A stretch of DNA of 64,000 bases from Diadema antillarum (Eukaryota), in the NCBI RefSeq assembly GCF_040938485.1, contig NW_027270980.1, positions 868,001-932,000 of the forward strand, given 5' to 3'. How positions within the stretch are numbered: the first letter of the stretch is position 1; each line of letters opens with the position of its first letter. Below are positions 49,805 to 62,700 of the stretch, piece by piece. The notes under the pieces are model-generated. The model was not told the DNA's origin. It was given only the letters and a program-made list of their open reading frames with translations, and ran no database searches. The position numbers and the translations under genes are program-made.

Positions 49805-52800
49805 CTTGCTAATTAAAGGATGAAAAAACAGAAAGGGTAGAGTGTGAGAGAGACAGAGAGAGAGAGAGAGAGAGGGGGGGGGGGGAGAAGAAGAGAAAAG
49901 AGGTCTGCACAAATGCTTCACTCCCACCTCATATATCATTCCTTTTCCATCATCTATGTAAATGAATCTGGCAGAACTCCCATAGAGTCAACATCCAACT
50001 CTTGTCGCTGTTGAGTGCTTCATCGATGTCATATCTTTTTCGCAGATGCTTCATTTTGAAGAGAGAGAGAGGGAGAGAGGGGGGGGGGGAAGGGGTGACA
50101 GTAAGAGGGAGATGGGGAAAGAAAACGGAGTGCATCATTTTCTATGGTATCATCCATCCACATAATGAAGATAGATACTTCTTCATTTCTCGCCACTTTG
50201 ATTAGTGACAATGTCTCCCATCGTGATTGATGCTGTTCCGAGAGCCACGTGATTGTGGGCACACCCAGTGGCGACAGCTTCCATATTTCATTTGCCAGCT
50301 TGTACAGCGGAGACGTAAATCAAAGCGGTGGCGCTGCACACCTTCTGTCACATTCCACACCACCATCCCCTTCCCTGGAGTCTGAACCTGAACTCAAAGT
50401 TGAGCCTTTACTGCACAGCAAAAACAGACTGGGGGTGCATTCATGCTCAATTTGCAAAGACAGAATTTAGCATTTTGAAATGCTGATCCAAAAAACTATT
50501 CATTTGGGTACTGTTTATGCTAAAAAAATGTTGAGCGCCAGAAAAAAGCTGATTTCGCCAACATGCACTGCACATTGTTGAAGCACTGTAAACCCCTCTT
50601 GTAACAAGCTATTCAGCATACATGTCTACTTCAAGTGAACTGCAATTCCGTTGAGATGACGTCAGAATAAACATCTTCATACGTAATTTTGCATTTATGC
50701 TTCCCCATAAAATGCAGTTAGGGAGAATCACCTGATTGTAAACATGATTTTTGTGTATGCCTCCCTATCTAGTGCGATTAAAGAGAATAACTAATCGTAA
50801 ACACGCCTATTTGTGTGTTTTGAAATGCCATGTATATCACAATGAGTCGTCATGCAACCGTGTTTTGAACTAAACATGTTTTGAAAGCCTAATCATGGCC
50901 CTAAAACGTTCAGCATTAATGCACCCGGAGAGCTCAGTCTGGCTCATTGTGTTTGAAAATTGGAATTCATATGTTTCCTGCTTGCCTGAAAATAACTAAC
51001 CATATTTCTTGGAAATATAAACAGTTAAAACTCTGTGACACTGTACTTGTCTACCGTCATTACTTCACAGAGTGTGCTTCTTTGTTGTTAAACTATGTTC
51101 TGAACATCTTTTATAACACTAACGACCTGATCTGCTCTTGCATTTGACATAATCACTGTGAGAGTATTTCAGGATTTCTGTTTCTGCCAAATGTGCAAAA
51201 CACAAGTGTGAAACTTAACAGCAGAAAGCTCCATATTTTTTTCAAACAAACAAAATAGCAAATACACACATATTTTCCATTTCAGCTGATATTGCTCTCT
51301 TTCCACTTACCCCCTCCCGTCCCCCCCACCCCCATAAAAATGGTATATGCTGGGAAACAATGCTGGTAGTACACATAGTGCATATCATAATGTAAACATA
51401 CCTACTAATGGCCTTCTTATCTAACCAGCCAGCTACATTTGCTGAGGGAAGTTGGAGGCCGCTACGTTTGTCCTGTGGTTATTCCTGTTTTGCGGGCCTA
51501 TCAGCAGATATGCCTCCACTACCAGAATAACCTTCGCTGCAGTATCTATAGAGCAAAAGGTTGCCACGTTGAAATATCATATACGACCATGGAAAATGGT
51601 TGCATTGGAATAGCAGTGGGCGGACAAGAACAAAAAACAAAAAACAAACAGCTCTCCCCGAATCTTGACAGCAAACTTGTTTGTGAAGTCTCGCAAACTT
51701 TAACAAAGCCGCACATTCAAGCATACACATACTATAGATAATTATGACAATTAGACATGAAAACAGGGAATTTAAACAACAATACAAAACATCACTTCCA
51801 GTTTACCTACAGTCAAAAAGCACATCACTTGTTTTTCTTTCCTATATAACCTATAACATCATAAACAAATGAAGCCACTGAACCTAGCGAGCACCTTTGG
51901 TGAACTAACAAAACTAAACATTTTACCACCGGGCCTTGACAGAGATTTATCCTTTCGCTCATTCTCATTATGCTTGTACTGTCCTTCACACACAAAATGT
52001 ACTTCTGACACAGAGACTGGATTTATTCCAACCAGATAATCAATTTACCAGTCCTGATCACTTTCCAGAGGATAGGAGAGGGAAAGGGGGGGGGGGGGGG
52101 AGAGGAGAGAAGAGCAATTTATTGAGCTATTGTTCTTGCAAAACCCCGAAAACAAAGTACGATGTACGAACTCTCCTAACCTCAGCGACACCTATCACAG
52201 AGGAACTGAAAGGAGGCACAGCGATCTCTGCGAAAACAAAATCCAACCTGAACCTTCGGATATCTGACAGATACATAGCAATCTTCGACATCCAACGATC
52301 CAGTCAATAGTATTGATAAGTGTATCCAAATACAAATAACATATGGCATATTATGTGAGGCAGGGTGGTAAAGAAGCTAAAAAGCTCCATGTATTCATGG
52401 CATCATCATTTGCTTTACATGAATGTGTCTGGCATAACAAGGCTATTTAACAGATAAAATGGCACAACACTTGATGCTTACTTTGCAAGAGATTTTCGAC
52501 ATGAACATGCTGTGATAGTTGTACCACACTTACAAGCGCTAAGTTCAACATCTCCGCGTGCAGCATTTCATTTTCAAGCCCCTTCATACTTCTAAACAGT
52601 GTACACACTATATACTTCACAAGTACAATATTTAACAAGTTTAGACATGTATAGCAATTCCGAGATTGTTGAATTCGTGATTGATAACCACACATAGAGA
52701 TGGAATTGGAATGAGAAATAAGCACTGTAACACCTTGAATTTTTGTGCACATGAAATTTTCATGAATTTCATGAGAAGCCAAGATCAAAATGCACATGAA

Positions 52801-55077
52801 AGTTCTTGTCTACATTATGCACTGAATGTCAGTGGCAAATTTGCAAAATTTCCTTGCTGCTGAAAAGGTTGTTGGCTCAAATTCAAACATACAAACAAAA
52901 ATCATGTTGCAAATATTTCTGTTTTTCATTATTATTGTATTATCCAATCTCAGGAGAAAAATAAGTTATTTCACACAACGGAAAATACATTAGGAGCATG
53001 GGAGGCAATATTTTTTAAGTTATTAATGTCGCTAACATCAGCTGACTCACAAAATTCCTACAAATAAAAATACAATGAAATATTATATCACAGTGCATAC
53101 AGTACTTAAAGGTATTTACATTGAGCAGATATGTGATCTGTTTCTAGGGCAGTACCTGAACGGGAACTTTTGTAACTGAATCTGTACGGGGTTGCATTTT
53201 GATTGATTACACACAGAATGATTCTTAAAAAGAAATAAAAGTTGTCTTTCTTTAGTTGCAACATCATACTGATTATCAAGGCGGCTTGAACCATATCCTC
53301 AGGATATGCCCATTTTAGTTGTGTGTTTGTGTGTGTGCATGTGTGTGAGTGTGTGTGTGTAAACCTTTTGTTTGTTTCTGGGTCAATAACACTTAAGGAG
53401 ATTTCACACATTGATGTGGTCACATTTCTCTCTCTTTCTCTCTCTCTCTCTCTGGGTCGCGTCCCTAAATGCTTTACAGCTACGAAGAAGTGAAACTGAT
53501 ATATCATACCTGCACAAGATGCTTTGAAAAATATAACCTCCCAAAAATGGGGTTAACACTATGCATCGAATATGTGGAAAACACAGCCAGTCACCTTCAC
53601 TTTTTTTTTTTTTTAATAAACTCTAACCAGTGAAACGAAATATGGCGGAGGTATTAGGCCGCAGAGGTAAACACAAAGGAAAGAAAATCCTGCCGGTTTC
53701 TGTTCAGTTCAATTTCAATTACAATCGATGATCACGCTTGAGGCGTAATCTTCGCACATTACACTTGAAGCCTCTGTTCGGCAATAAACCTGCACCCTGA
53801 GAGAAAATACATGGGACACTTTGTGTAGCAATATTCACAGTCTACACCAAGGAGATTTGTTTGTTATCACTCATTTAATGCCTGAGTAAAATTTTGAGGG
53901 AAACTCAAGACATGAATTTCACAGAATTTTGGCTTTTTCTATCAAGACAATACCATTAAAAAAAATAGATATGAGTGCCAAAGGAGGAGACGTGCCTCCA
54001 TACACATTTAACATATCCTACAATATTTGCATGCTGATCCTCTAATCCAAGGTTCTTTTACTGAATTTTTCTAATTAGCTATCCCAAAGATTCATATGAT
54101 TAAAAAAAAAATTGGGAAACAAATTTCTGGTAATCCCTTCCCGTATGAAAATTTAATTCTTTTATGTGGAGAAATTGTTCACAGAGTGGAAAAAGGACAT
54201 TAATAATTTGAAGCAGGCAGTCCTTGCATGGATATCACACTGTCACTTGTTCCACTGCAATGAACAGAAGCACAATAATGCATACACATGGCTATTCACA
54301 TTCTGCAAACTGTGTGTATGTGTGTGTGCATGCACACACACTCATGGGGGGGGGGGGGGGGAGGGGGGATTAAATGGATGCACAGCCAGGCTCAGAGTCA
54401 AGGTCTTGCTGGACCTTCATTGTACCTATTGGCGGCATACTTAGTGATTCATTTTGATCTGCCAAAAAAATTGACAATTAGACACGTTCCCGAAGCGCAA
54501 AGAGAAATATCTCCACTCAGCAACAGGTTCCATTTAACCATCTTCCCCCACCCCCACCATCACCCCCATTCCCCCCCCCCCCCTCCCCATGAAGCTCCAA
54601 AGCTCCAGGAAAACAGCCGCTGATCCAATCAATATAATTTGTTTTACTGCAGCATTAGTTGCAAATTAAAGCATGAGACAATTTACGAGGTAATCATCGA
54701 TTCGGTGGGCTGGAACACGGTTCCCCTCCCCCCCCCCCCCAACTCTCCAGACCTGATGAACCATGGGAGCGAGATGCCAAGGCTGTAGCACGCAGCAGAA
54801 CCACCTCTCTGGAGTGACGATACCTTGAACAGCATTTCATTATCAAAATTGTGTGCATTTTTTTTTCTTTTCAACGGACACCCCATGATTACCTGGCTGC
54901 TGCTACACTTACAATGATGATGATAGCAGAGGCAGCAAGTGAGCCGATTAATAATTTCAAGGTGGAAGGTGAATCAGTTCTTTAAAAAAAAAGGGTTAAG
55001 TGTTGCCATCAATATCACTCTTGTTCCCTCTATTATAAGATTATGTTTCAATTCTAACGATATGCACCATCATAAAG

Positions 55078-55211
55078 TACAGATGAACCTCTTTATAACG
55101 AGGTCGGATACTGCAAGATGCCTGACATAACGAGGTAATTTTGCAAGTCCCAATCCTCTGTTATTCTTTTGTTTTTATCACTGATATAACAAGGTATTTG
55201 CTATAATGAGG
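55078..55211. mobile_element. pogo/Tc1-like MITE fragment
   Basis: TACAGATGAACCTCTTTATAACGAGG left end; internal ATAACGAGG/ATAACAAGG repeats; partial right arm CTATAATGAGG. Confidence 0.45.
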
Positions 55212-58009
55212 AAATATAAAAATCCCAAGCAGCTTGTTAAAATGAGGTTCCCTTGTAACATGCTCGCTCTTCCATCTTTTCACTACTCTTTCTCTTTTTT
55301 TGCTCCCTCCTTTATTGCTCTCCTCTCTTACTATCTCCCTGCACTCCCCCTTCCCCCAATCATTTCTGCAATCTTCATTCCATGTCGAACATAATCTCTC
55401 GTTCATCACTAGCGGAGGACTAAGCGTGTGTATTTATTCAACGCGAATCGCTCCACATTCCCTGCTCTGCCCACATCATCCACTGATGCATTTAATGGTC
55501 CATCATGTCTCTGGACATTAGGCTTAGTCCCGTGTATGTGTATGTGTGTGTGTGCGCCTGCCACACTGGCAAACCCAAGCCAAGGACAGGGCGTAAAATG
55601 CACATCCTCGTCCTGATTATGATCAAATGCAGCAGAGCCTTTGTTGTCAACATTAAAGAACCTTCTCACCAGTGTCATTCATACTCACTGGGAGAGAGCT
55701 ATCCATTCAAAATGGGTGACCTGCCCTATATTGTATATCATTAACACGTCCACACAAAAGGAAACAATACAAGGAGTATCACAAGATGATATGCAACCTC
55801 ACTATGCCTGCTGCTTGCATAGTCAATTATGAGGTAAGCTTTTATCAAATTGCACAAGTAGGTTACATGAATATCCCCCCCCCCCCCCCCGAACATGCCC
55901 TCAACTAGTCCCAACTCGTGCGTGGGATCAACGCGGGAATGGGGGGCTACTCTGCGGGCATCCGAAACATCCGGGGCATGCCTGCACTAATTCATCACTG
56001 GTGCCGAGAAACAATATCTGAATCACTGGCTCACATTTGTTACCTCCGCACATGGCAGCTGACTCCCGGTCAAATACGTCTTCCACAAAACCCAAGCTCA
56101 GGTATAACCCCAATCCTTTCCACATCATCTCTCCCCACCCCACCCCCCCCCCCCAAAAAAAATGCAGATATAAGAAGGAGACAAGATACATGCAATCATG
56201 CCAAGTCACAAGTCTATGCATCCAGCGGATCTAATAAGTGCTATGGTATTGATTTTCGGGGCTGTGGGCTTTGTCACGGTGAACTCCCTCGGTGTGATCA
56301 ACACTCTCATTACAAGTCCAGGGCGAGCGCTTTACTCATTATCGACCCATCTCGCCGGGGGGAAAAAAATGCTACCAATGTGATAATCTGCACATCATGT
56401 TGTCATGCACCTGCAACGCGTGCCCTGCTACTCAGCACACACAAAAAACAACAACAACAGGGTTCTATCTGTGATGTTCTGGCAAACTGGATTATGCTGA
56501 CTAGAATGTCGACACAAATAGACTGGATATTTTAGGGCAAACGTGCATTCTGAGGAAGCTCTTGGAAAATTATGATTAATTCCAAGCACAAGATCATGGA
56601 GGGCTTAAAACCACACCAGAGCTAAAAAACAAACATATTCTTGGATATCAGTAGGTCATTCAAATATAAAATATGGCCCCTTGTTTTTTCTTCAGAATTG
56701 AATGCCGAGATTGTCTGGTTGTGATGAATATGATCACATGAAAGCTACCTTGGTCATGTGACCATAAGAAAACCCATTAAATAAATGTGCCCACTGCACA
56801 TCATACAACATTCCAAAGACTTCAAAAGCAGACAATTGCTTCATTTTTGTGATTTGTCAGACTTTCCTAAAATTTTGACTTACCTGTCCCCTCTGTGTAA
56901 TTACATTCAATGCAATGTTACAGCCTCCTCGAATGAACTTCACTGAACTCAAGTATTAGAAAATGTTGATAGTCATGTTCCATTTCATGTTGTATTTGCT
57001 GAAAAATTTAAAGGGATTTATGTTGAAACTACAATGACATGCTTCAAAGGAAAATCAGACATTTGAAATATATACTACGAAAAAAAATCCATCTGACGGA
57101 AAATCTAATTCATGAATTATGCCAATAAAAAGATTTTCTCACATTCTCAATGGCATTATGATTCTCTTGTTCTGAAACCATCTTGTTGTGTTTTAAAGAA
57201 AGAAGAGAGAGAGAGAAAAATCCAATCTTAGATTAATAATAAAAGCTGGAGTAACATCAAAGCCTCATGTACATACTCAGATACTGTATATGACAAAATA
57301 TGGCATCACTGGCTATGCAAAACCCATTGGCAATATTGCCATTTTTTCATCATCAGTGACATTGCCATTGATATAACTTAATCACGGAAATGTCTTCTTC
57401 ACCTGGGATATAAAATATGTCACTGTTACATTTGTGTGATTCCCTTGACAATTTAAGCAAAATGGCCCCCCCCCACAAAAAAAAATATATATCAAACAAA
57501 AGTGTGAGGAATTTCCTTCCACGGTCTACACTCAAGACTTTTCACAGAGAACAATGGAAAAAATGATGATCACATATGGTGGAAGGAGAAATGTGTTTCA
57601 GCAACGGTGGATGGCTGGCGGGACTCCGAAATCACTGGTCTTTTATGCCAGCAAGCCAACAGCTGTTCCTGCCTGCTTGGAGTACTCTCAAGCCGCCAAA
57701 ATGGAAGCGGGGCCAAAAGCTGGATCAGGAGATAGAGCCCACTACTGCACTTCACCATGTACGCAGCGGCTCCCACGTACAAGCAGAAGCCAACACGTAG
57801 ACAAGCAAACATGCTCCCGCTAAACTCACATACTGAGGCAGACACGGGCATCCTGTGAACCCACTCGGCCGCTCGCAGGTTTTTCGCGTCCGCCCAGTAA
57901 TCGAGCATGATCGCGAGTATTTGTGGGTCTGCTTTGATCTCGCACACTCCTGTCATACTGAGATGAAGTACCACAGCTGCACAATGTTCTACTCAGAGAT
58001 GGAAAGAGA

Positions 58010-58075
58010 CAGACAGACAGACAGACAGACGGACAGACGGAGACACTCAGATAGAGAAAGAGAGAGAGAGTGCAT
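58010..58075. repeat. (GACA)n / (GA)n simple repeat
   Basis: AGACAGACAGACAGACAGACAGACGGACAGACGG...GAGAGAGAGAG. Confidence 0.85.
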
Positions 58076-58228
58076 GAGAGAAAGTTCATTGGCATAAATC
58101 CTTTGTGAACTCTGAGAGCTAGAACTGGATTTATTTTCAATATTAATTGTTATCAGACTTTTTTTCCTGAGAGGTCTCTTTTGCTTTGTTCACACAATAA
58201 GGAGCCAAAATGTGATATACTCTTTTAA

Positions 58229-58528
58229 AGTATCATACACAATTGAACAGAAAAGGTAATAAACCTCCATTTTTCACGGAAATCAAAATTGTGTACACTC
58301 TTATCTTTGGAGGATTATTTTCAAGTCATTAAGAGTCCTTTTTCAAGGCACATCCACTCTATGCAAACTTAGATCTATGCGTAGATGACTTTCCATGACA
58401 TTCAAATGGTCCTGAGGAACTTCCTTTTGTGAAACACCTGTCTACATTTTTTTTGTTAACAATGATCAAGTGCTCCTAATTTCATTCTGAAGTTTGTGTC
58501 AAGAGCATCTTTCCCATGGGCACATTCT
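58229..58528. mobile_element. Possible decayed Kolobok-like MITE
   Basis: TTAA|AG ... CT|TTAA boundaries (58225-58228, 58529-58532); TIR match weak. Confidence 0.3.
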
Positions 58529-58547
58529 TTAAGTGACACAGACAGCG

Positions 58548-58580
<33 letters not shown>
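58548..58580. repeat. C33 homopolymer (longest of many G/C runs; others include C29 at 48315-48343 and G23 at 47148-47170)
   Basis: Read directly; the run length could be an assembly artefact. Confidence 0.9.
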
Positions 58581-58581
<1 letters not shown>

Positions 58582-59097
58582 ATCTGCACTGTACTAACAA
58601 GAGTTTCCTAAACCGCTGCTGCTACTGCTGCAAGTTTACCTTGTTGCTGCTCGTTTGCTTGCATGAGCTTAGAGCTGCCTTCCATGTCTTGCTGGGGCTC
58701 CCCCCCCCCCCATCTCTTGATGTGACAGTGACATTGCCCTCACAGGTGATGATCTCGTGTGAGTGGGACTCATCTCGTTGCGAGAATCGCAGGTGATGAC
58801 TACACGGGTTATTAATTTGCTCTGCTAATAGAGCAGCAGGAAACAATTCGTGGCAGCTTAAGTACATCGCCTCTTATTCAACCACCCACATGATTATGGG
58901 CGAAGGAAACACGCGAGGGTCGTTGTCGTTGTCAGTGACACACCATGTAAGTGAGACTGGCAAAATCATGGATTCTCTTGCATCTTGTATCCCCCCCCCC
59001 CCCCCCAGCCTATAGGCACTTAATAACTTAATTCTTCTCATTCAGGGATGCCTTTTCACTGCACTACAGCCCCTCACACAGCACAACACTCTTTGAA

Positions 59098-59317
59098 TAC
59101 TGTATACACCAAATATTTCGTGAGGTTTTCATTTTTCTACTTGCAAATCTAAAAACACAAAATTATGAACTTTGATTCTAACATGAATGTGACGTGCAGG
59201 CATACAATTCCCTGTTCATCAATGTACATGACAATCGCGAATTTAACCACTCGAGAATTTGTTGAAGTCCCAATGCATGAAAAATTAGACTCGCTAAATA
59301 GATGGCGTATACAAATA
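59098..59317. mobile_element. TACTGTA-type MITE, same family as 35840-36092
   Basis: TIR-like ends TACTGTATACACCAAATATTTCGTGAG and CTCGCTAAATAGATGGCGTATACAAATA; internal homology to the 35.8 kb copy. Confidence 0.7.
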
Positions 59318-59731
59318 CATCACAACATTACACTACGTATCTCATAGTATAACATTTTCTCCTGACAAGCTGGACATATTTGTGCTCAACAGACGGATAG
59401 GCACAGCATTTCACTGGGCTGAGAAGAAGGTTGTAGAGAGATAAATCCCGATATATGCAAATTTTGTCTCCATTAGCCATGAGCTACAAGTAATTCAAAG
59501 ACTAGCTACAGACTACACAGCTCCATCTAATGCAAACCCACATCCAATGCACCGCTAATGAAAGCATGATACAGAGACAAGAGGTACGACTAGAGCCCAA
59601 TACTGTGAATAAGCACACAATTTTGCAAACAGGCTCTTGATGGTTTCAGGGGTCACACGCCTACGAGCAAACGACATGATGACAAATTTTTCACCAAGAC
59701 ATTTTCTTTTGGATTTTCATATATGAAGGTG

Positions 59732-59770
59732 TAGCCCCAGTCCATAGCCCCAGTCCATAGCCCCAGTCCA
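59732..59770 (+). repeat. 13-bp perfect tandem repeat x3 (TAGCCCCAGTCCA)
   Basis: Copies at 59732, 59745 and 59758. Confidence 0.95.
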
Positions 59771-62700
59771 TATCCAACCACTCACCCATTCACCTATCCA
59801 CAGATTTAGCTTTCAATTTGTCATGTTCCTACCTACTGCACTATCTGTTTTTTCTTTCCTTTCGCCTCACGTTTGTCTGGCCCTTTTGACTCCACATCCA
59901 GATACGCACTTTCTACTCTCACATCCTGCATGAACATTCGTCAGAGAATACAAGGCAGTCAATGAGGTGTTGTGAAAGTGTGTCTCCCACAATAACTGTG
60001 ATAAATTGGCCAGACGTCTTCCCACTTTTCTCAAATAAATTGGGATATCGAATCAGAAGGTGATGAATGCCCCTTTCTTACCAACGAAAGGACAATAAAT
60101 TAATGACGGGCAATTTATGCCCGCATGAAGAGTCCACACAAACGCAACTTTTGGAAAGCAGTTTAGAGTCATATTGAGAGGTGCGCACACCGCACTGCCT
60201 TAGAGGTGGGCATAATGATGGGTATCGGTTGAGGAAAAGGTGTCATCTCCCAGAGATCTCCACTGCACCACTTATGTTGTCCGTCGGTTGGCGATTCTAT
60301 CTATATTGAAGACCCCCTCCTGCCCATCCCCCCCCCCCCAGTTCTTGATCTCAGTTTCTATACCCTTCAACAATAATGCTTGATATCAAGTCTCTATCCC
60401 CTCCCCTGGCTATCATTATTTATGATCTGACATGAATCTAAAGCTAGATACCCACAAAATTCTCTCTCAAGTCTCACAGTAAAGACACTAACAAACAATA
60501 CATGCATTTGACGATATCCTCTCTTTATACCCCAAAGACCAAACGAGTTGTATGTCCCCCTCCCATAAATTCATGCCATTCCTCCGAGTCTAGCACGTAA
60601 ATCTGCCTAACAAAATACCCATCAGTGTGGCACACAGGCACCAGAAGAGAATAATCAGGACGCATCTTCAAAAATGCATGGTTTCAGAACACCTCCAAAG
60701 AGCTTGGAAGGGAAAGGGGGAGGGGAGGTGGGGAGGGGCAGTGCCCTTACCCAATTCTACGTCCACTTCTCCCACAAATTATGCAGGATCCCAAGCCCTC
60801 GCTGATTCCGTCATCAGGTCAGATCAGCGTTGTCGAGGAAAGTGAGGAAAGTGCATCGCATCTAGGAGACAACTCAAATGTCACACCTTCCCCCAGGACA
60901 GGATACGCAGTAGGGGTGGGGGTAAGATGGGGTGTTGTGTGATGATGTGAGGGTTAGATTCTGTATCTCATCTCTTGCTGTATGGAAGCCAGTCAATTCT
61001 CAGAAGTCATCGCTTAACCCTCCTCCTTCTTGTAAAAGGAATCATGGTTGAAAGATCCTCCTACATCAGCTAACCAACAGGGGTCGTGAGGCTGGGATGT
61101 GCGTCTCACGCACCACATTGAAGGCTACCTGCTTTAAACATAATTATGAGCTATTCTCGGGTTGATCTCATTCATTGTTGTGTGATGATAGTCTATTAAC
61201 CTTCTGATGCAAATTCATGTAGAGTCTTTAGGTTCATGCACCAAATTGGGACACATCACATCTTATGATTGCTGACACAAAAGGATATGGAAATGAGCTC
61301 TCCTTGTAGATATTGGACAACATGGGAAAACAGTAGACTGTGTATAACAAATGACACTTTTCCCCACTTGCTCCAATGGGTGCAGGTAATAAATGTGGGC
61401 GAATTTCCTTTGCATTTAATATGTGCAGGCATGCACAAGCACATTCATTTCAATTCACTTGCGTAACACAGAGTTTTACTTGCCCAGGGCAAGCTGGTTT
61501 GTGGTTTTGTAGCACCCTGACAGAGTACATGTGAGTTTTCGTAGATAACCAGTAAGCTACATGTAGTATCCCTCTTCCTAGTCGGAATAGGTTGTTGTTG
61601 TTTTTTATCACACTAAAAATGCACTCTAAGAATGTTCTGCGACATCATTCATCAACCGAACTCCGTGCCAACTTCATGTTTAATGGCTGCACAATGTAGC
61701 AACAGCGATTGCAGAAGTACACCTCTCATGATTTTTTTAGGCCTCAGTTCCTCATTCTAACAGGAGCCATTGGAGTAATGCATTTTCCATCATCTCTCGT
61801 GAAAAATTCTACCTTGTTCTCAGGGGCCCTCACCCTGGAGTTGAAAACTAGTGCTATTTGTTCCGACCGAGTGGTATCTGCATGCACAAAACAAAATATG
61901 CTCATAAAGTCCCATTAAAACTAATCCTTCTCATATTTGTAGCACATCATCGCTTGCAGTTTGTGCTTTATGAAAGACGGACTCGCATATTTCAGGAAGT
62001 TTCCTGTGTGCGCGTGTGTGTACATATATCTGTGTGGACGTGTGTCTGCATGTCTGTGAGAGAGGGAGAGACAGAGAAACATAGAGAGAAAGAAAGAGAG
62101 AAGGGGCAACATGCTGGATTCTGATTTTCATATTTGGGATATATTGCTTGCAGGAAGGAGAGGTGATTATCAAACATTAACAAAGCGACTCTACGGATCT
62201 CTATCTGCCGCTGCTGCTGTGCAATCAAAATTCGCAACTAAACTGGCCATGTCATACGTCCTTGTCAGCAGGTGCACCTCCTGTAGAAAGCCTCTGTGAT
62301 GCAATCTAGAGTGAGCAGAGTAGCACAGGGCTTTTTCTATTTTTTTTTTAAATATGCCTCAGATATGTGCACCATCAAGTCCCATTAGTTTTGATTCTCA
62401 ATTCCGATTGATATTTACTCCTCTTACAATTTCTCACTTTTAAGGAGACTCCTGAACGCATGTCTAATATCCAAATATGATGAAACAAATACTATTAATA
62501 ATCCAATATTATAGTTTCCAAATAAGAAATGACATAAAGTAAACATTAGTGGGATTCACACATGCGAATTAGTGGGATACAAATCTTGAGATTTGATTAT
62601 GATCCAAATCTTCATATTTTTGCCAGTGTGGACATAAAAATGACACTGAATAGTACGACCAGCATCGCCATCCAAATCTCGAGAAATCTTGAGATTACTT

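Noticed and set aside
55918-56535. 205-aa plus-strand ORF
   Set aside because: Starts at a non-ATG codon, crosses poly-C/poly-A runs, and no family is recognisable.
57353-57535. ORF containing LKLSRESHKCNSDIFYIPG ending at CAG|GTGAAG, superficially like the missing NOVA exon end (KLSKSKDFYPG)
   Set aside because: No GSIIGKGG/GxxG motif or KH1 beta strand upstream, spacing is wrong, and the upstream sequence is low-complexity.
59732-59770. 13-bp x3 repeat considered as a CRISPR-like array
   Set aside because: No spacers, unit too short, eukaryotic context, no cas genes.
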